From assembly GCA_964291215.2 (NCBI GenBank), contig OZ219791.1, positions 608,001-672,000 on the forward strand: a DNA stretch of 64,000 bases, in the 5' to 3' direction. The stretch comes from Alphaproteobacteria bacterium (GTDB lineage: Bacteria; Pseudomonadota; Alphaproteobacteria; MPNO01; UBA830). A model generated the notes under the pieces. The model saw only the letters and a program-made list of their open reading frames with translations. It was not told the DNA's origin and ran no database searches. The stretch's first letter is position 1; every line of letters begins with the position of its first letter. A program made the translations under genes and the position numbers. Below, piece after piece: positions 61,046 through 64,000 of the stretch.

Positions 61046-64000
61046 TCCACTGCCTCCATCGAGGTGGGCCGGTAGGGGCCTTCCATCCAGTCCACCGTCT
61101 GCATCTTGCGCACGATCACGAACTCGTCGCGGTTCGAGCCGACGGTGCCATAGTAGTTGAAACCGTAAGATTGCTGGGCGTAGCCGCCGACCATGTGGGT
61201 CGGCTTGACCGTGGTCCGGGTCACGGAGTTGTGGATCCCGCCGCGCCCGCCCGTCACCTCGCTGCCGGGCACGTTCACGATCTTTTCCTGAGCGTGGTAC
61301 ATCAGCGTCATGCCCTCGGGCACGCGCTGGCTGACTACCGCGCGCGCGACCAGCGCACCGTTGGTGTTGTAGGCCTCGATCCAGTCATTGTCCTCGACGC
61401 CGATCTTCCGGGCGTCGGTTTCGCTGACCCAGACGATCGGGCCGCCGCGCGAAAGCGTCAACATCAGCAGGTTGTCGGTATAGGTGCTGTGGATGCCCCA
61501 TTTCTGGTGCGGGGTGATGAAGTTAAGCACAACCTGTGGGCTGCCGTTGTCCTTGTCGTCGATCAGCGGTCGGATTGTCTTGGTGTCGATCGGCGGCTTG
61601 TAGACACAGAGCTGCTCGCCGAAGGCGCGCATCCACAGATGGTCTTGGTAGAGCTGCTGGCGGCCGCTGAGCGTGCGCCAGGGTATCAACTCGTGCACGT
61701 TGGTATATCCGGCGGTGTAGGTGACATGTTCCGCCTCCACGCCGGACCAAGTCGGCGACGAGATGATCTTGCGCGGCTGCGCCTGCAGGTCGCGAAAGCG
61801 CAGCTTGTCCTCCTCGCGGGCCGCCGCCAGATGCTGGTGCGCGCGCCCCGTCGATTTGCCCAGCGACATCCAGGCCTTGACTGCCACATGGCCGTTGGTC
61901 TCGGGCGCCAGTGCCAGCACGACCTCGGCGGCGTCGATATCGCTGTCGATCTTCGGCAGGCCCTGCGAGACGCCGTCCTCGCGCACCACGCCGTTCAACC
62001 GCTCAAGGAACGTGACCTCGTCCTCAGTGTTCCAGTTGATGCCCTTGCCGCCGTTGCCCGCCTTGGCCATCAGCGGTCCCAGCGCGGTGAATTTCTTGTA
62101 GGTGTTCGGATAGTCGCGTTCGACCACCACCATGTTGGGCATGGTCTTCCCCGGCGCGGGTTCGCACTCGCCTTTCTTCCAGTCCCTGACCTCGGTCGCC
62201 TGGGCCAGTTCCGCCGGGGTGTCGTGCAGGGTCGGCGCCAGCACGAGGTCGCGCTCGACGCCGAGCACGCCTTCGGCGATCTCGGAGAACTTCTTTGCGA
62301 TTCCCTTGAAGATCTCCCAGTCGCTGCGGGACTCCCACACCGGATCGACCGCAGCCGACAGCGGGTGGATGAAGGGATGCATGTCCGAGGTGTTGAGGTC
62401 GTTCTTCTCGTACCAGGTCGCCGTCGGCAGCACGATGTCGGAGTAGAGACAGGTCGTCGACATGCGGAAATCGAGCGTGACCAGGAGATCGAGCTTGCCT
62501 TCGGGCGCGGCGTCGTGCCACGCGACCTCGACCGGTTTCCGGCCTTCGGTTTCGCCGAGATCCTTGCCCTGCACGCCGTGCTGGGTGCCGAGCAGGTGTT
62601 TCAGGAAATACTCATGCCCCTTGCCGCTGGAACCCAGAAGGTTGGAACGCCACACGAAAAGATTGCGGGGCCAGTTCCGGGGATCGTCGGGATCCTCGCA
62701 GGACATGCGCAGGGTGCCGGCCTGGAGCGCGGTGACCACCGCCGCGACCGGATCCTCGTCGCCGGCGGCTCGGGTCACCTGCAGCGGGTTGGTCTCGAGT
62801 TGCGGTGCGGAAGGCAGCCAGCCCATGCGTTCGGACCGCACGTTGAAATCGATGAGGCTCAGGGCCTCCCATTCGCCTTCGGGGGCAAGCGGCGAGATAA
62901 TCTCGTCGACATCCAGCTTTTCGTAGCGCCACTGGTCGGTATGGCTGTACCAGAAGGAAGTGCTGTTCATGTGCCGTGGTGGACGGTTCCAGTCCAGCGC
63001 GAAGGCAAGCGGCAGCCAGCCGGTCTGCGGGCGCAGCTTTTCCTGGCCCACATAGTGCGACCAGCCGCCGCCGGACTTGCCGACGCACCCGCACATCACC
63101 AGCATGTTGATGATGCCGCGGTAGATCATGTCCATGTGGTACCAGTGGTTGAGGGCTGCTCCGACGATGACCATCGAGCGGCCCTCGGTCTTGTGCGCAT
63201 TTTCCGCGAACTGGCGGGCGACGGCGATCACCTTGTTGGGCGCGACCCCGGTGATGCGTTCCTGCCATGCTGGGGTGTAGGGCATGTCGTCGTCGAACGA
63301 CTCGGCCACGTTGTCGCCGCCGAGGCCGCGGTCCAGCCCGTAATTGGCGACGAACAGATCGAACACCGTGGCGACCAGCGCCTCGCCGTTGCGTGTCGCG
63401 ACCTTCATCACCGGCACGTTGCGCCAGAGTACCTCGTCGTGATCGGTGCCGGCGAAATGGTTGTGCGCGGTGTTGCCGAAATAGGGGAAACCGACCGATG
63501 CGACATCGTCCCTGATGTCGATCAGGCTCAGCCGCAACCTGGTGGCCGCGCCGTCGGCGCCGTCCTTTTCCTCGATGTTCCACTTGCCGGCCTCGCCCCA
63601 GCGAAAGCCGATCGACCCCACCGGGCAGACCAACGAGTCGTCGCGGCTTTCGTCCACGGCGATGGTCTTCCATTCGGGGTTGTTGGATTGTCCCAGCGCG
63701 TCCGTCAGGTCCGACGCTCGCAGCATGCGGTCCGGCACGTGGCCGCCGCCGGAGTCGCGCAGGGTGACCAGCATCGGCATGTCGGTGTAGCGGCGGCAAT
63801 AGTCCTCGAAATACGCGCTTTTGCCGCCGAGATGCCATTCCCTGAGGATGACGTGCCCCATCGCCATCGCCATCGCCGCGTCGGTGCCTTGCTTGGGGTT
63901 GAGCCAGATGTCGGCGAATTTCGACGCCTCGCTGTAATCGGGCGTGACCGTCACCGTGGTTGCGCCCTTGTAGCGAACCTCGGTCATGAAGTGGGCGTCG
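61042..64000 (-). CDS. narG: Respiratory nitrate reductase alpha subunit (3' part; starts beyond the window)
   Basis: DAHFMTEVRYKG, GGWSHYVGQEKLRP, WRSNLLGSSGKGHEYF, TPHQKWGIHSTY, FNYYGTVG.NRDE. Confidence 0.98.
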   Translation of the reverse strand, partial: DAHFMTEVRYKGATTVTVTPDYSEASKFADIWLNPKQGTDAAMAMAMGHVILREWHLGGKSAYFEDYCRRYTDMPMLVTLRDSGGGHVPDRMLRASDLTDALGQSNNPEWKTIAVDESRDDSLVCPVGSIGFRWGEAGKWNIEEKDGADGAATRLRLSLIDIRDDVASVGFPYFGNTAHNHFAGTDHDEVLWRNVPVMKVATRNGEALVATVFDLFVANYGLDRGLGGDNVAESFDDDMPYTPAWQERITGVAPNKVIAVARQFAENAHKTEGRSMVIVGAALNHWYHMDMIYRGIINMLVMCGCVGKSGGGWSHYVGQEKLRPQTGWLPLAFALDWNRPPRHMNSTSFWYSHTDQWRYEKLDVDEIISPLAPEGEWEALSLIDFNVRSERMGWLPSAPQLETNPLQVTRAAGDEDPVAAVVTALQAGTLRMSCEDPDDPRNWPRNLFVWRSNLLGSSGKGHEYFLKHLLGTQHGVQGKDLGETEGRKPVEVAWHDAAPEGKLDLLVTLDFRMSTTCLYSDIVLPTATWYEKNDLNTSDMHPFIHPLSAAVDPVWESRSDWEIFKGIAKKFSEIAEGVLGVERDLVLAPTLHDTPAELAQATEVRDWKKGECEPAPGKTMPNMVVVERDYPNTYKKFTALGPLMAKAGNGGKGINWNTEDEVTFLERLNGVVREDGVSQGLPKIDSDIDAAEVVLALAPETNGHVAVKAWMSLGKSTGRAHQHLAAAREEDKLRFRDLQAQPRKIISSPTWSGVEAEHVTYTAGYTNVHELIPWRTLSGRQQLYQDHLWMRAFGEQLCVYKPPIDTKTIRPLIDDKDNGSPQVVLNFITPHQKWGIHSTYTDNLLMLTLSRGGPIVWVSETDARKIGVEDNDWIEAYNTNGALVARAVVSQRVPEGMTLMYHAQEKIVNVPGSEVTGGRGGIHNSVTRTTVKPTHMVGGYAQQSYGFNYYGTVGSNRDEFVIVRKMQTVDWMEGPYRPTSMEAVE

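Overview
GC-rich chromosomal segment, most likely alphaproteobacterial (inferred from the maf / hemE-hemH-hemJ / rho / mnmE neighbourhood). It holds a candidate replication origin (~620-895) between maf and hemE. Housekeeping loci are hemEHJ, rpmI-rplT-pheST-lepA, tkt-gap-pgk, rho, mnmE and narGHJI plus a PPIase. Catabolic redox genes include tandem luciferase-like monooxygenases with a 416-bp near-identical core, a CoxL-like Mo subunit, a Tat-exported carotenoid oxygenase module and an atypical SdhA-like/2Fe-2S pair. Three clusters of nested, decaying insertion sequences lie at ~900-3030, ~37280-38415 and ~47200-56870. The most unusual signal is that several IS lineages carry candidate DNA-modifying cargo: an IS4/Tn5-like transposase fused to a DUF4338 (DruA-like, possibly Mom/GNAT-like) domain, with readable terminal inverted repeats (TIRs) and 9-10 bp target-site duplications (TSDs); an IS66 with a stand-alone DUF4338 gene; and a second IS66 with a Dam-like adenine methyltransferase. 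All IS copies in the window are pseudogenised. No rRNA, tRNA or CRISPR array was seen. Family calls come from motif recognition by eye, not from database searches.
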